A DNA stretch of 64,000 bases from Octopus vulgaris (GCA_951406725.2 OX597822.1:78864001-78928000), one strand, 5' to 3'; positions 43,089 through 56,591 are shown, counted from the stretch's first letter. Program-made: numbers and translations. The notes: a model not told the origin generated them from the sequence alone.

Positions 43089-43871
43089 GTAAGCTACCGT
43101 TTTGCATTCTTCATTTGCTTATTTATATAGTTTTCTACTGTTACAAAATGATTTAAATGAAAGCACAATGATATTTAGGTGCTTCACTATAGATCACTTT
43201 TGAACCATTTTATGACTTGTAGAAGGAAGGGCAATGTTAAAACCTATTTTGTATGGCCTTTGAGACTAGTGGGTTTGTACAGAAGTTGTTAGTAGTAGCT
43301 GTACCTGAATTGTTATTGCTAATACCTTGTAGGCATGTGGTATTTTGTTATGCGACCATATTAAACTATAAAGTATATTAAACGTTTTGCAACTCGTTAG
43401 CAGTTCACTTTTACATTACTTGATAAGGTTATCTCCACAGATATTCTATAAAAACAATAGCCAGCACTGACTTTTGTTACTATATTGTGTATATGAGACA
43501 TCAGATGTAAACAAACAATGGTATCAAAGATAAAAAATGGGTAATAGGTGTATATGCCATATTTTGGGTTTTTTTCCCCACCTACATCAGCACCCATCTA
43601 ACCCATTAATCAGCCTTGAACACATTACTTAAATAGCCACTGTATATACAGCGGTGTGTAGTTATTGGATATACCAATTTTACATATTCAATGCATTCCT
43701 GGAAGCTGGTACGTAAATACTAATGACTTGTAGATATGTGGTAGTGAAACTTCACTACATTCCTCTGCATTACCCCTCAACAAGGCACATCATCCTGTTT
43801 ATATTTGACAGCAACCACCACAAGGTCCAGTCTTTGTTGCAGTGTGGTGGCTTGCATGCCCCAGTGACCTT

Positions 43872-44372
43872 GAGAGATATACCAGTGGAGTGCAGGTTCC
43901 TCATCGGGCTTCTCATTTTGGAGAGGTGAAAGGAGATAGAGGCCAGACAGATATGAACCACCTCTTCCCAGAAGTAAAAATGGGTTTGCATAGGTCTAAT
44001 CTCCCCTACTTCAGGAAAAAACAAAGTTAGAGAAGCATTGATGACAATTTAAAAAAACAAAACCTTGGAGAAGAAGGTCCTCCCTCAGGAAAACATGTGA
44101 AGGAAAGCTGAAAAGCTGCAGAGTACTGAGGCAGAGCAATAAAAGCAGGGATCCAGCTGGAGAGAAGTAAGAAAGACAGCTGAGAACAGTGGAGAAAAGT
44201 CATTGGTGGCCTTTGCCTCTGTAACTTTTTCCTGAAGTAGGGGAGGTCAGCCCCACGCAAACCCATTTTTACTTCTGGGAAGAGGTGGTTCACATTTGTC
44301 TGGCCTCTATCCTTTTACCTGTTCAACATGAGAGGCCCTATGAGGAACCTGCACTCCACTAGCATAGCTCTC
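43872..44372. repeat. Inverted repeat with ~175-bp arms (43872-44045 and 44199-44372)
   Basis: arms share agtggagtgcaggttcctcat, aaccacctcttcccagaagtaaaaatgggtttgc and ctcccctacttcaggaaaaa in opposite orientation. Confidence 0.85.
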
Positions 44373-45476
44373 TTAAGAAGAGAAATATTAGAGAGTAAGT
44401 TCTTGGAAAGACTTTTACACTGTGAACACTTGTGCTAATAAGCACCCTCCTGTAGATCATTTTTATTTGCAGTTCAGCAAATGAGACCAGTGAAATAAAT
44501 ACCACACTTAAAAAAAAACATTAGTATTGAGATCAATTTGTTTACCTAAAACCCTTTGGGGAAGTGCTCCAGCATGGCCATGATCCAGTGACTGAAACAA
44601 ATAAAAGATAAAAGAAACACAGTGCATACACACACTCGCTCACCTGATATTGAGTTATATAAAGGTGTTTAATATATTCTATTGTATTGACAACATATAT
44701 TATTAATTATATATGAAACACAACGAATATTATTTCCAGTTTTAGAGTGTTTCATTGCAATTTTCATCTTACAGAGAGGAGAATAGTGCTTTATTGCTTT
44801 TCACCACCTTTATTTATTTATCTTACAAGTGATTCATTTTTAAAAATAGCATCATTCACTTTTTCCCTCTTCCTATACTGCATATCCTCATTCTTACTCT
44901 TTGTAGACTATAGAGAATTATTTTTGGTTGTCTGTCTGAAGTTAGGAGATACACATTGATTAAAATTTAGGTTTGTCAGACCTTAAAAAAAATGAAATAC
45001 AAAGCACAGTTAACAGAGGTAAGCTTTGAAAGGAAATACCAGGCCACATCAGAGTTTTGAATAAACAATCATGAAGTTTACTCAACTTCTGTGATTGTTT
45101 ACACATTCTTAATGTACACAGTACTTTGGGTAGATAAAGTCTGCTTCTAAATGGGCTACTTTTAAACTTTAAAAAGTGAACCAACAACTTTAAACGTAAT
45201 TTTAAGATTGGATCAATGGTTCAAGGTTTTGTGTTACCAGTTGTATGTAGAGAATCAAGTAAAATGTGATAAATGCCCTTCAAGCTTCTCCTTATTTCCT
45301 CAAGATGGTGCCACTAAGAGAGTTACTATGTGGTCAATTGACCTCCTAGAAATAGATGCTAAATCTCCCTCTAATCATATCCATTTTCAAAAGGACACTT
45401 TGTATATTATAGTCCAAGTTGGGGTACACAGTGTCTGAATATTGGATTGAACAGCTTTGAATACTGCAAATGATAG

Positions 45477-45632
<156 letters not shown>

Positions 45633-46566
45633 TAAACTAATCATAGCTGTGATTCTAACACCGAGTAATTTGGTTGTCTCTAACCTACTAATGTTTATAT
45701 ATTGCTCCATCAATCATCCTATTTGTTTTTATCAGTTACTCTTTTACTTTCATTTTATCTGTTGCTGTGTCAAAGCAAACATTGTACTTTGGTATAATCC
45801 TCTCGCTTGCCAGCTCCTGTTGAATTGTCCAACTCGTGCCAACATAGAAAACAGACATTAAATAGAAATGATGACGATGTGTTGGTGATGGTGTCAGACT
45901 GTTGGTGACTAAACTGGCAACTGCACCAACCTTAGTGAAGAGGAAGGGCTGTTTGGACATACTAAAGAATAAAAAAACAAGCTCAGATGACCTCAGGGGT
46001 GTCAATCAGTATACAGGAACATGTACATAGGAACCAGTGTAGAAGTGTAGGAAGAAGCTTGCTTCCCAACCAAAGCCTTGTGAGTGGATTTGGTAGATGG
46101 AAACTGAAAGAAGCCCATTATATGTGTATATGTGTGTGTGTCTTTTGTGTCTGTGTTTGAGCCCCACCACTGCTTAACAACTGATATTGGTGTCTTTATG
46201 TTCTTGTAACTTTGTGGTTTGATAAAAGAGGCCAATAGAATAAGGGGGTTAATAAAGAAAATAAGTATTGGGGTTGATTCGTTCAACTGAAATTCCTCAA
46301 GTTGGTGCCCCAGCATGGCCACAGTCTTATGGCTGAAACAAGTAAAAGATGAAAGATAAATATTTGTACATTAAATATGCATGAGTATTGTTAGTGGCAT
46401 GTTTGCATTTCATTGAAACGTGGTTTCAAAATGATTGTAAACAAAATGATTGTTGACAATAAGCATGAAGAAATGGAATACAGCCATGATACTGCCACAT
46501 CATATCAATTTTATAAAGCATATTATATAATAATTGATCCACAGCCATTTAGCTATGATCTAATGA

Positions 46567-46870
46567 ATGTGCATGGCTTAGCAGTTAGGGTATTTGGCTC
46601 ATGATTATAAGGTCTTGAGTTCGATACTCTCGTCCTTGAGCAAGACACTTTATTTCATATTGCTCCAGTCCACTCAGCTGGCAAAAATGAGTAGTACTCC
46701 TATTTCAAAGGAGCAACCGCATCATGTTCTGTGTCATGCTGAATCTCCCTGGGAACTATGTTAAAGTTACATGTGTTTGTGGAGTGCTCAGCCACTTGCA
46801 TGTTAATTTCACAAGTAATCTGTTCCTTTGATCAGATCAACTGGAAACATTGTTGTCACTGATGGCATGC
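46567..46870 (+). mobile_element. SINE family 3 (tRNA head with CORE-like gtccttgagcaagacactt)
   Basis: tggcttagcagttagg ... gagttcgatact; related copies near 8990-9120(+), 20470-20580(-), 39150-39370(-), 50260-50500(-), 61480-61730(-). Confidence 0.65.
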
Positions 46871-46921
46871 CCAAAAAGGAATAAATAGATTGTAGCAACA
46901 AATTGGATGAGTTCACTTATA

Positions 46922-48079
46922 CAGTAATCCCTCGACTATTGTGGGTGAAAATCGATGAAGTAGAAACAGTACTATACTGTATTTTAAAAAAATTATTTTT
47001 ATAATTTCAACATCATCATCATCATTTAACATCCGTTTTCCATGCTATCATGGGTTGGACAGTTCAACCAGGGTCTGGGAAGCCAGGAGGCTGCACCAGG
47101 CTCCAGTCTGATCTGGCAGTGTTTCTACAGCTGGATGCCCTTCCTAATGTCAACCACTCCGTGAGTGTAGTGGGTGCTTTTTACATGCCTGTGTAGGCTG
47201 ACAATGGCCACGAATGGTTGGTGCTTTTTACATGCCACCAGCACGGAAGCCAGTCAAGGCGGCACTGGCATCGGCCACGTACAGATGGTGCTTTTTATGT
47301 GCCACCGGCACAGGTGCCAGGGTAGGCTGGCAACGGCCACGATTGGTTGGTGCTTTTTACGTGCCACCGGCACGGAAGCCAGTCAAAGCGGCGCTGGCAT
47401 CGGCCATGTACAGTTGGTGCATTTTACATGCCACCAGCACAGGTATCGCAACCACAATTTCCATTTGATTTTTGATGCTGACGTACTTGACTCAATAGGT
47501 CTCCTCAAGCACAGCAGGTCACCCTACGATCCAAGGCACTTTGGAAGTGCTGGTTCTTCTACGTGAGGCTGGTGCAGGAAACAGCCATGAACTCATATTA
47601 TTTGACGGGTCTTCGCAGTCACAGCACATCTCCAGAGGTCTCGGTCTTCCGTCATTGCCTCTGTGAGACCCAATGTTCGAAGGACATGCTTGACCACCTC
47701 ATCCCATGTCTACCTGTACCCTGGATTCCTTCAACTGTTTGGGAGTGGCACTTCTTCACACATCTCTCCTCATCCATCCGTAGTACATGACCATACCAGT
47801 GCAGACGTCTCTCTTGCATGCCACATCCAATGCTTCTTCTGTCCAGCATTTCTCTCAGGGCACTTACACTCTGCCATGTATGCACACTGACATTACACAT
47901 CCAGCGGATCATGCTAGCTTCATTACTTTCAAGCCTACACATGTCCTCTACAGTCACAGCCCATGTTTCACTACTGTATATATTTATTTTATACATGTAA
48001 AACAACACCATGGAAGAATTGACGGAAGCTTAAATAATAAACCATGATGGGTGAACCACAATATGGTGACAGATTACTA
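46922..48079. mobile_element. Same Tigger-like MITE split by an RTE LINE 3' fragment (about 47008-47977, minus)
   Basis: left half 46922-47007 and right half 47978-48079 match 20956-21173; insert has a (CAT)n tail and the RTE C-terminus RRLHWYGHVLRMDEERCVKKC. Confidence 0.8.
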
Positions 48080-49025
48080 TATACAGATAGCTGTTATTCA
48101 CAGGAGTGCTGCCTGAAGTAAACACTGGAATTCTCTGATCTCCTCTCACATACTAATATATATATATATACATATATATATATAACAGAGCTAAAGTGAG
48201 GGGGTTATTAATCTGGACAAAATATTCTATAAGCCCCCTGTTATTATGCCAGGCTAACAATATTGTTTAGATTAGTAAAGAACTCCGTGTATTCTTGTGG
48301 CAGAGTCTGAGGTTATAGTTCCTCACCATTCCATATTGTAAATCTGTGGTTGTGCTCCAGAAATGACTCTGATGAAAATAGCATTAACTTTTTTAGTCTG
48401 TTCAGTTTTTCTCAACCGATCAATGGACCAATTGAGTAAGCCTATCAATAACGGACCTATAATGACTACTGGAAACAGCTGTAAGTCAAATTTACTGCAA
48501 TAAAGAGGACCATGTAATGACCATTATTTATACCTTGTCTTACGCATGCACGCACACACATGTGTATGTGTATGTGTGTGTGTGTGTGTATTTTTATGTA
48601 TGGTGGTAAAGAAAATTGTCCAGAGTATAACTGACAGTTAAAAGTTTAGTAGTTAAGTTAGTCTTAGAATTTTTAAAGCAGGGTGCATCATAAAAGTTAA
48701 GTAGGATAAAAATTATACACTGAGTAAGAAGACTGCATTAGTAAGACAGCTGTATTGCTTTGAGTCTTGGAAAGAATGTGTGACAAATCCTGGCATGTTT
48801 TGGTTATATTATTATCAAAGCAATAATAAATCTCCAAACAAGATGTAAATAGTAATCGCTAGACAACGTAAAGTGTACTAGCCATCTCAATGTGGCTAGC
48901 CACTGGGGGTGGGTGTTACTGAAGCTTTTAGCCCCAGGAGATCATCGTCTCCAGCTGGCTTTAGACACACTTTCTGAACCCTTCTGATATTTGCAAAGGG
49001 AGGTCATCCCCTCTTGAAAACCTAA

Positions 49026-49084
49026 GTGATACGCACGGACTATAGTTTCGAGGTTTTTGCCTCTCGTCAACATACAGTAATCAC
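49026..49084 (-). ncRNA. Second copy of the minimal hammerhead motif
   Basis: reverse complement reads gtgattactgtatg-TTGACGA-GAGGcaaaaaCCTC-GAAAC-tata-GTC-cgtgcgtatcac. Confidence 0.7.
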
Positions 49085-49452
49085 CGGTTTTCGATTGGAG
49101 AGACCTGTTTGCAAATATTTATTTAATGTTTTTCCCAGCAACCACTGTCACTGATTTCGAAAAACTGTCTGAAAGCAATAATAAATCTCCGTTCGGAGAT
49201 TTATTATTGCTTTCTGTCTAAAGCCAGCTGGAGACAATGATCTCCTGGGGCTAAAAGCTTCAGTAACACCCACCCCCAGTGGCTAGCCACATTGAGATGG
49301 CTAATACACTTTACGTTGTCGAGCGGTTACTGTTTACATCTCGTTCGGAGATTTATTATTGCTTTCAGACAGTTTTTCGAAATCAGTGACAGTGGTTGCT
49401 GGGAAAAACATTAAATAAATATTTGCAAACAGGTCTCTCCAATTGAAAACCG

Positions 49453-49511
49453 GTGATTACTGTATGTTGACGAGAGGCAAAAACCTCGAAACTATAGTCC
49501 GTGTGTATCAC
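49453..49511 (+). ncRNA. Minimal type I hammerhead ribozyme motif (U3 variant); predicted cleavage after GUC at 49499
   Basis: stem I GTGATTAC-TGTATG with CGTGT-GTATCAC; core TTGACGA (49467-49473); stem II GAGG-caaaaa-CCTC; GAAA; stem III AC-tata-GT within palindrome ACTATAGT; then C. Confidence 0.7.
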
Positions 49512-49743
49512 TTAGGTTTTCGAGAGGGGATGACCTCCCTTTGCGAATATCAGGGCACAGAAAGTGTGTCTAAAGCCAGCTGGAGACGATGATCTCCTGG
49601 GGTTAAAAGCTTCAGTAACACCCACCCCCAGTGGCTAGCCACATTGAGATGGCTAGTACACTTTACGTTATTATCAAAGCTTTCTCATCAAATCCTGTAC
49701 ATTTCAATTTAAGTGTTGAGACTCTTATCTCTCTCTGTTCTAG

Positions 49744-49850
49744 GTCTACATGTTGACATATGATAGCACTCATGGACAATTCCCTGCTTGTGTTAGCAAG
49801 GAAGGCGATAAACTGAAGATCAACAATACCCTCATTACTGTGACTAGCGA
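49744..49850 (+). CDS. GAPDH: GAPDH coding exon 3 (VYMLTYDSTHGQFPACVSKEGDKLKINNTLITVTSE)
   Basis: ctgttctag acceptor and gtgagt donor; YDSTHG motif; 107 nt, phases match neighbours; absent from the ORF track. Confidence 0.95.
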
Positions 49851-50777
49851 GTGAGTACACTGTCTTCTTTCATTACCTGTTTCACATATGCACACGCATA
49901 CACCCACCCACACACACATACATCCCCACACACCTTCATTTTATGGTAACCTAATACCTTCATAACTGCTGCTGTTTAACTTCTCCCCAACCACCCCTAT
50001 ATCTTGACCTTCATAGAGTCGATGTATATATAATCAAATATGTTCTACACATCTACATCCCATCTTTATTTCAAAACTACATTATTCCAATGTTTCTTTC
50101 CCTTCAGACATGATAATGTATGATTCTGTGGAGACTTTGCTACAGTTCTTAGCAAGTGGAATGACCATGTAACGGCTCCCTCAATGGCTCATAGTCTTTA
50201 GTTTTATAGATTTCAACCTCTGTACATAGACTTGAGTCTGCCATGAAGCCTGGGACTCATAAGGCCAGAGACTAACCTGGCTTCCATGGCTTATAAGTGA
50301 CTGAGATTATAACACTCTTTCTTCCTGAATGGGATGCCAGTCCATTGCAGTGTTAACTCCCCTAATAATTGCCGGTACTCACAACTGACTAGGTTGGAAC
50401 AATGTGAAATTAAGTCTTTTGCTCAAGAACACAACACATTGCCTGGTCTGGGAATCGAAGCCATGATCTTGGATTGTGAGCCACACCATAACCAATAAGC
50501 CATCTAATTTTTGTAATAAACAAAATAATAAATATCTCCATCTTGCTGATGGGTACCCTTTGTAGATTATACTGTGTTGCAGGCAGTAAATATTGGGCCA
50601 CCCTTCTTCTCATCAGTCGTGAACACCTTGAAAAATGTTATGGGGACTGTCCCTCCTCTTCTGACTATGACAAAAACAATACAATCTGAACATGAGAATT
50701 TGAAAGGAAACAAGTGTAATATATGCTAAAACTTTAGATAAAATAAATCTAAATGTATTTATTGTATTATATTTATT

Positions 50778-51174
50778 GGCGTGGGTGCGGCTGTGTAATA
50801 AGAAGCTTGCTTCCCAACTACATGGTCCTGGGTTCAGTGCCACTGCATGGCACCTTGGGCAAGTGTCTTCTACTATAGCCTCAGGTCGACCAAAGCCTTG
50901 TGAGTGGATTTGGTAGACGGAAACTGAAAGAAGCCCATTGTGTATATGTATGTATATATTTATGTGTGTTTGTCTTTCCACATCCACTGTCGCTTGACAA
51001 CCAATGTTGGTGTGTTTATGTCCTCATAACTTAGCAGTTCACCAAAGATATCAATACAATAAGTACTAGGCTTAGAAACAATAAGTCTTGGGGGCGATTT
51101 CTTCGATTAAAAAACCCTTTAAGGTGGTGCCCCAGCATGGCCGCAGTCAAATGACTGAAACAAAAAATAAAAGA
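50778..51174 (+). mobile_element. tRNA-derived SINE family 1 copy
   Basis: same head, core and tail as 35995-36391. Confidence 0.8.
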
Positions 51175-52718
51175 ATATGTTTTCGTTTTACTTTTTACTT
51201 GTTTCAGTTGTTGCACTGTGGCCATACTGGGGCCCTGCCCATGAAAAACTTTTTAGTTGAGCAAATTTTATCAAAAGCAGTTACAAAATCTAGTAAAAAA
51301 GATACCTCTCCACCACTTCATAAGAGAAGGAACTGTCCATAATAAAATAGCAAAAAATTAAATCGTAAAGAGGTGTTGTCAGAATTGGTTAGACACTCCA
51401 CCAACACCACCATCATCACTACACTTTGTGATCAAGGCCATAAACTGTAGCTGGTATCATAGATAATGTCAGAGAATGAGTGTGTATAAAAGTGAGCTTG
51501 TGAGAATGAAAGTACAATGTCAGGAATTAAATATACTCTACACTTCGATCAAAACTGAACAGTGTCATAAAAAAAGCGAATGTTAGGAACATGAGAGATG
51601 GAAAGATGCAGGAGAAAATAGTAAATTTAAAACCACAACATTCTGGCTTTTAAGAATTGAACAACTGGCTTTTGACAGAAAGAAAAGATGAGTGCCAATG
51701 CTGAGATTGTAGATGTATAGGCATGAAATGGCAGTGAAATACTGGAAGTTAGTATGAAACAATTGTACCATTCCCCTAAAAGTTTCAGCAGTGTTACTGA
51801 AAGGGTTGAACACCAGACTAAAATGCTTTACTCTATTAAGTTTTGTCACTTTACATTCAGAGTTCAAAATCTACCTGGGTCAGAATGTATAGGTCCTGAG
51901 TTAATACAATAAGTATTAGACACATTTACTGTAATCAGTTCAGTTAACTCTCCCTCCCCAACAGAGTTATGGCTGTTTTAGAATGTAAAAAGTCTTTATT
52001 GAAGAAATATTTTTATTTGAATCTAATAGCATAATATATGTTAATCAGCCTAAAAGTGGGTCCTTCTGTTCCCTTAGAAATTGTTAGTACTCAACGATTT
52101 TTTTGAGCAAAAGTGACATTGGATTATTCAACAGCATTTTATGTAGAGACATTTAGAATGTTCTGTGTTTGTTATCTTCTATGATGTTCTGTGACCTACT
52201 TCTTTTTATGGGGGTAACATAGGGTAAGGTAATGAAGTGAGCTGGCAGAATTCTTAGCATGCTGGGCAAAATGCTTAGTGGTGTTTTGTCTTTACATTCT
52301 GTGTTCAAATTCTGCCTAGGTTGCCTTTGCCTTACATCCTTTCAGGGTTGATAAAATAAGTACCAGTTGGGGAGGATCGCAGTCAGTGTAATCGTCTAAC
52401 CCCCTCTCCCAAACTTGCTGGCCTTGTGCCGAAATTTGAAAGCAAAAGTATAGGATAGGGTTTAGTCTGTGGTAATCACTGGCCTTTACATCACTTTTCT
52501 TTCTTAATATAAACACTGAGTAAAATGCTGTGTGCATTAAAGATACTGCCATGATCAAACCAGATCATTAGCATAAGCATAATAAACAAGGTTTATCTTG
52601 TTTAGTCTGTGATCAACCCAGATTGAGCTGGATTATGTTCCAGCTGTAATCATCCCATTTTTATCTTAACACGGTGTATCTAGGATACTGTTTTTCCGAT
52701 GTATCTAGGATAATGATA

Positions 52719-53262
52719 TACAGCGGCTGTTGTTGGCTGTTCAAGTGCATGTTATTAAAAGGAAAAACAGTATGAATCACCATAAGACATTTTTGTGTAT
52801 AAATATATTGTTTATTCTGTGTTCACCTATTGTGGTAGAATCATGTAGTATAATGCAAAAACATGTGTGTTTACATACAAAGAAAGTTTTGATTTTTGCT
52901 TTTGCACTGAAAGAAGTAACATATAATATTTGTATTACAGTATGTATGCATGTGTGCAATGAGAACAGTCATTTTGAGAATGTGTGTGTGTTAAAATATC
53001 TTCATTACAAACCATATATCTTGTGTCGAGGTGAATAGACATGTGAGTCACATGTGGGAGATTGCGCGTGGAGCTGCAGAGAAGACATGTCTTTGACCAA
53101 GGCTTGGCAGGAACTGAGTTGTTTCTACAGTGTAGCTCAAAATGCAACTAGTGTCTCAGAATGAGGCTCCTGTATCAAAGCGAGGCTAAATGCCTCATCA
53201 ATATATTCGTCTGCCGTGCAGGTCGACTCACACATTACTATGTAATATGTAGCTCTGCTACA
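52719..53262 (-). mobile_element. Solo LTR of the same family, inverted
   Basis: 4-bp TSD GATA at 52715-52718 and 53263-53266; reverse-complement match to 18370-18936. Confidence 0.75.
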
Positions 53263-53352
53263 GATATTCCAATATATGTCAGACAAAATAGTAGGGTATG
53301 ATGTGAGGGAAATTTTGCTGCTATTTCTAACAGGTCAAGCTACTGTATAGAT

Positions 53353-53498
53353 CAGGTATGGGCAACCAATTTTTGAGAAGTGTGCTGCATGAGACGTAGC
53401 TCATCATCAGGCAGGCTGCACCACTAAAATCATTGAAGGAAAGTTTTTGATGGTGTGCCATTTAGAAAGTCCTGTGGGTCACAGTTTGCCTATGACTG
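53353..53498. mobile_element. hAT (Charlie-like) MITE, 146 bp
   Basis: TSD GTATAGAT / GTATAGAC; TIR CAGGTATGGGCAA / TTGCCTATGACTG. Confidence 0.75.
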
Positions 53499-53545
53499 GT
53501 ATAGACATTCCAGTGATTGCTTCAGCTATATTTATATTCAACTGA

Positions 53546-53812
<267 letters not shown>

Positions 53813-54131
53813 TGAAGTTAATTACTTGTTAATAACAACAACAATAGCCTAGATTATTTCAAATCTGTTATTGTTATTAGCACACTGCTGTATCTCTGAA
53901 GTTTGGGTCTTTGAATTTGCTTTCACCCACATTCTGAGCAAGTAAACTTCCCACTAGGCCTTCCCTAGGTGAAGCTGAAGATCAAGCAATTGGATATTCC
54001 TGCAAGAATATGAAGATGTTGCAAGTGAGAGATTTCAACTGTTTCAGCCAATGGAAATTAATGCTTTTTACGAAGTAGTAGTAGTAGTAGTAATTGTTTC
54101 TAATTTAGGCACAAAGCCTGTAATTTTGAAT

Positions 54132-54913
54132 GACAGAGTGTAAGTACCTTGAGAGAAAAGCTGGACCTAAGAAGCATCAGTTGTGGTGTGCAAGAGAGAC
54201 GTTTGCGCTGGTATGGTCATGTGGCGAGAATGGATGAAGATAGTTGTGTGAAAAAGTGCCACACCCTAGCAGTTGAGGGAACCTATGGAAGAGGCAGACC
54301 CAGGAAAACCTGGGACGAGGTGGTGAAGCACGACCTTCGAACTTTAGGTCTCACCGAGGAAATGACTAGAGACTGAGACCTTTGGAAGTATGCTGTGCGT
54401 GAGAAGACCTGGCAGGACAAGTGAGACCATAACCTGTGGCCTCTACATGAGATGTAGCCAGTATACTTATGCATACCTTTCCTTCTTGGGACACAAAACT
54501 CTACTTGTGAAGACCTGTTGAGGCAAGTGAAAATCAAAATCAAAATCGAAATCGATCAACATCAATGGAAATTGCAGCTGTGATACCAGTGCTGGTGGTA
54601 CGTAAGAGAACCATCCGAACGTGCTGGTGGCACGTAAAAAGCACCATCTGATCGTGGCCGTTGCCAGCCTCGCCTGGTCCCCGTGCCGGTGGCACGTAAA
54701 AAGCACCATCCGATTGTGGCCGTTTGCCAGCCTCGTCTGGCACGTAAAAAGCACCCACTACACTCACAGAGTGGTTGGCGTTAGGAAGGGCATCCAGCCG
54801 TAGAAACATTGCCAGATCAGACTGGGCTTGGTGCAGCCTTCTGGCTTCCCAGACCCCAGTTGAACCGTCCAACCCATGCTAGCATGGAAAGCGGACGTTA
54901 AACGATGATGATG
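54132..54913 (+). mobile_element. RTE LINE 3' end with (GAT)n tail, inserted into a SINE
   Basis: RRLRWYGHVARMDEDSCVKKC...GRGRPRKTWDEVV; the flanks rejoin into a family-2 SINE. Confidence 0.88.
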
Positions 54914-55319
54914 GAGGAGTCTAGTTGATTACATTGAGCCCCAGTATTTGATTGTTACTTTATTTCATTGACCTTGGAGGGATGAAGAGTAATGTTAACT
55001 TCAACAGGATTTGAACTGAGATTGTAAAGAGCTGGAAAAATATAAGACATTTTGTCCATTGCTTTAACAGTTCTACCAAGCCATCTAATAATAATAATAA
55101 TAATAGCAATAATTGGCTTAAGGCCAGCAATTATGAGGTGAGGGGACAAGTCAGTTACAATGATCCCAGTACTTGAATTGTACTTGATTTTATTGGCCCA
55201 AAAAGACGAAGGAAAAGGTGACTTTGGTGCAGTTTAAACTCAGAGCATAAAGAGGCAAAAAAAATGCCACCAAGCATTTCATTTCATGTGCTAACAAGTC
55301 TGCCAATTCACAACTTTAA

Positions 55320-55750
55320 CCCTTTTGTTACGGTATTTCTGTTGAGATGCTCTGTGTTTCAATGTAACAAAGAAATTAGTACAATAACTTAGTTATCATG
55401 AAGCTAGTGTTAAGAACATAAATTGTGACTAAGGTTTGGTGGAGGATTTTAATTCAGAACTTTTGAAGACAAGACATTTGTTCTACGGAACCAGAAGCAG
55501 TTTCAGCTCGGTTGGTATCAAAAGGGTTAACAATTGTTCCTCTATTATATATTTTAACCCTTTCGTTATCGTATTTTTGTTGAGATGCTCTGTGTTTCTT
55601 TCAATTAATTTTAAATATAACAAAGAATTTAGTAAAATAAATTAGCTATCATTCAGCTCGTGTTAGGAACATAAATTGTGACTAAGGTTTGGTGGAAGAT
55701 TTTAATTCAGAATTTTTGAAAACAGAACCAGAAAGTTTCAGCTGAGTTAA
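55320..55750. mobile_element. Two adjacent ~200-bp piggyBac MITEs (55320-55526 and 55558 to ~55750)
   Basis: TTAA|CCCTTTTGTTAC ... GTATCAAAAGGG|TTAA; second copy starts TTAA|CCCTTTCGTTA; same TIR as the 37.4-kb element. Confidence 0.8.
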
Positions 55751-56591
55751 TAAAAAATAATAATAATAATAATAATAATAATTATTATTATTTCAAAATT
55801 TGGCACAAGGTCAACAATTTTAGTGGGAAGGAGTTAGTTACATTGAGAACCAGGGCTCAACTGGTACTTAGTCTTGACCTGAAAGGATGAAAAACAAATT
55901 CAACCTTGATGGAATTTGAACTGACAACATAAAGAACTGGAAGAAATGGCACTAGGCATTTTGTCTGATGCCCCAATGATTCTGACATCCTTAATAAATA
56001 GAAAAAGATGATGATGAAGTAGCTGAAGACAGGTTTGCCAGTCTATAGAGGGAGGAGGAGGAGGTATTGGTGTATTGATAGGAGAAAGTTCATCAGTTAA
56101 ATGTTGTTGTTGTTATTCCTGTTGTTGAGTCAGATCTGTTTAACCTGTTCTGGGTCTAACCAACTGCCAAAACACACAATAAGTTTTTCTAGTTGTGTCC
56201 AAGCCTATTGATTGCTTGAAGCCAGATTTTAAGACTTAAACCATGTGATCCTTGTGTTAAAGATAGGTGTGTAATTACTGAGGTTGATCTGGCTGCAACA
56301 TTGAGCATTTCAAGGGTTGGCAGAGGTTACACTCTTTGGATCATTATAGTATTTAAAGGAGGAATACAGCTTTAGAGGTGGGGTGCAGCCCTAGTCGATG
56401 AGAGAAAAGTACAGCCTTGGTTGAAAGACAAGCAATACAGTAATGAAGGAGGCAGAGTACAGCTCTTATTGAAAAAAGAGTACAAGTGTGGGCGAATACA
56501 TCAATAATTGAAGAAAGTTATTGTTTTGCTCTGAATTAGCAACTGAAATACTGACATTTTTGTTTCTCATTTTTATTTCTATTGTTTTTAG

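Larger units (their letters stand above)
48809..49680. mobile_element. Hammerhead-containing ~353-bp repeat insertion (non-LTR retrozyme or Penelope pseudo-LTR array), tandem plus inverted, with 13-bp TSD
   Basis: TTATTATCAAAGC at 48809-48821 and 49668-49680; one unit plus the start of the next at 48817-49190; palindromic junction 49171-49214; about 1.3 units in opposite orientation at 49215-49668 (period 352-355 bp); no long ORF. Confidence 0.8.
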
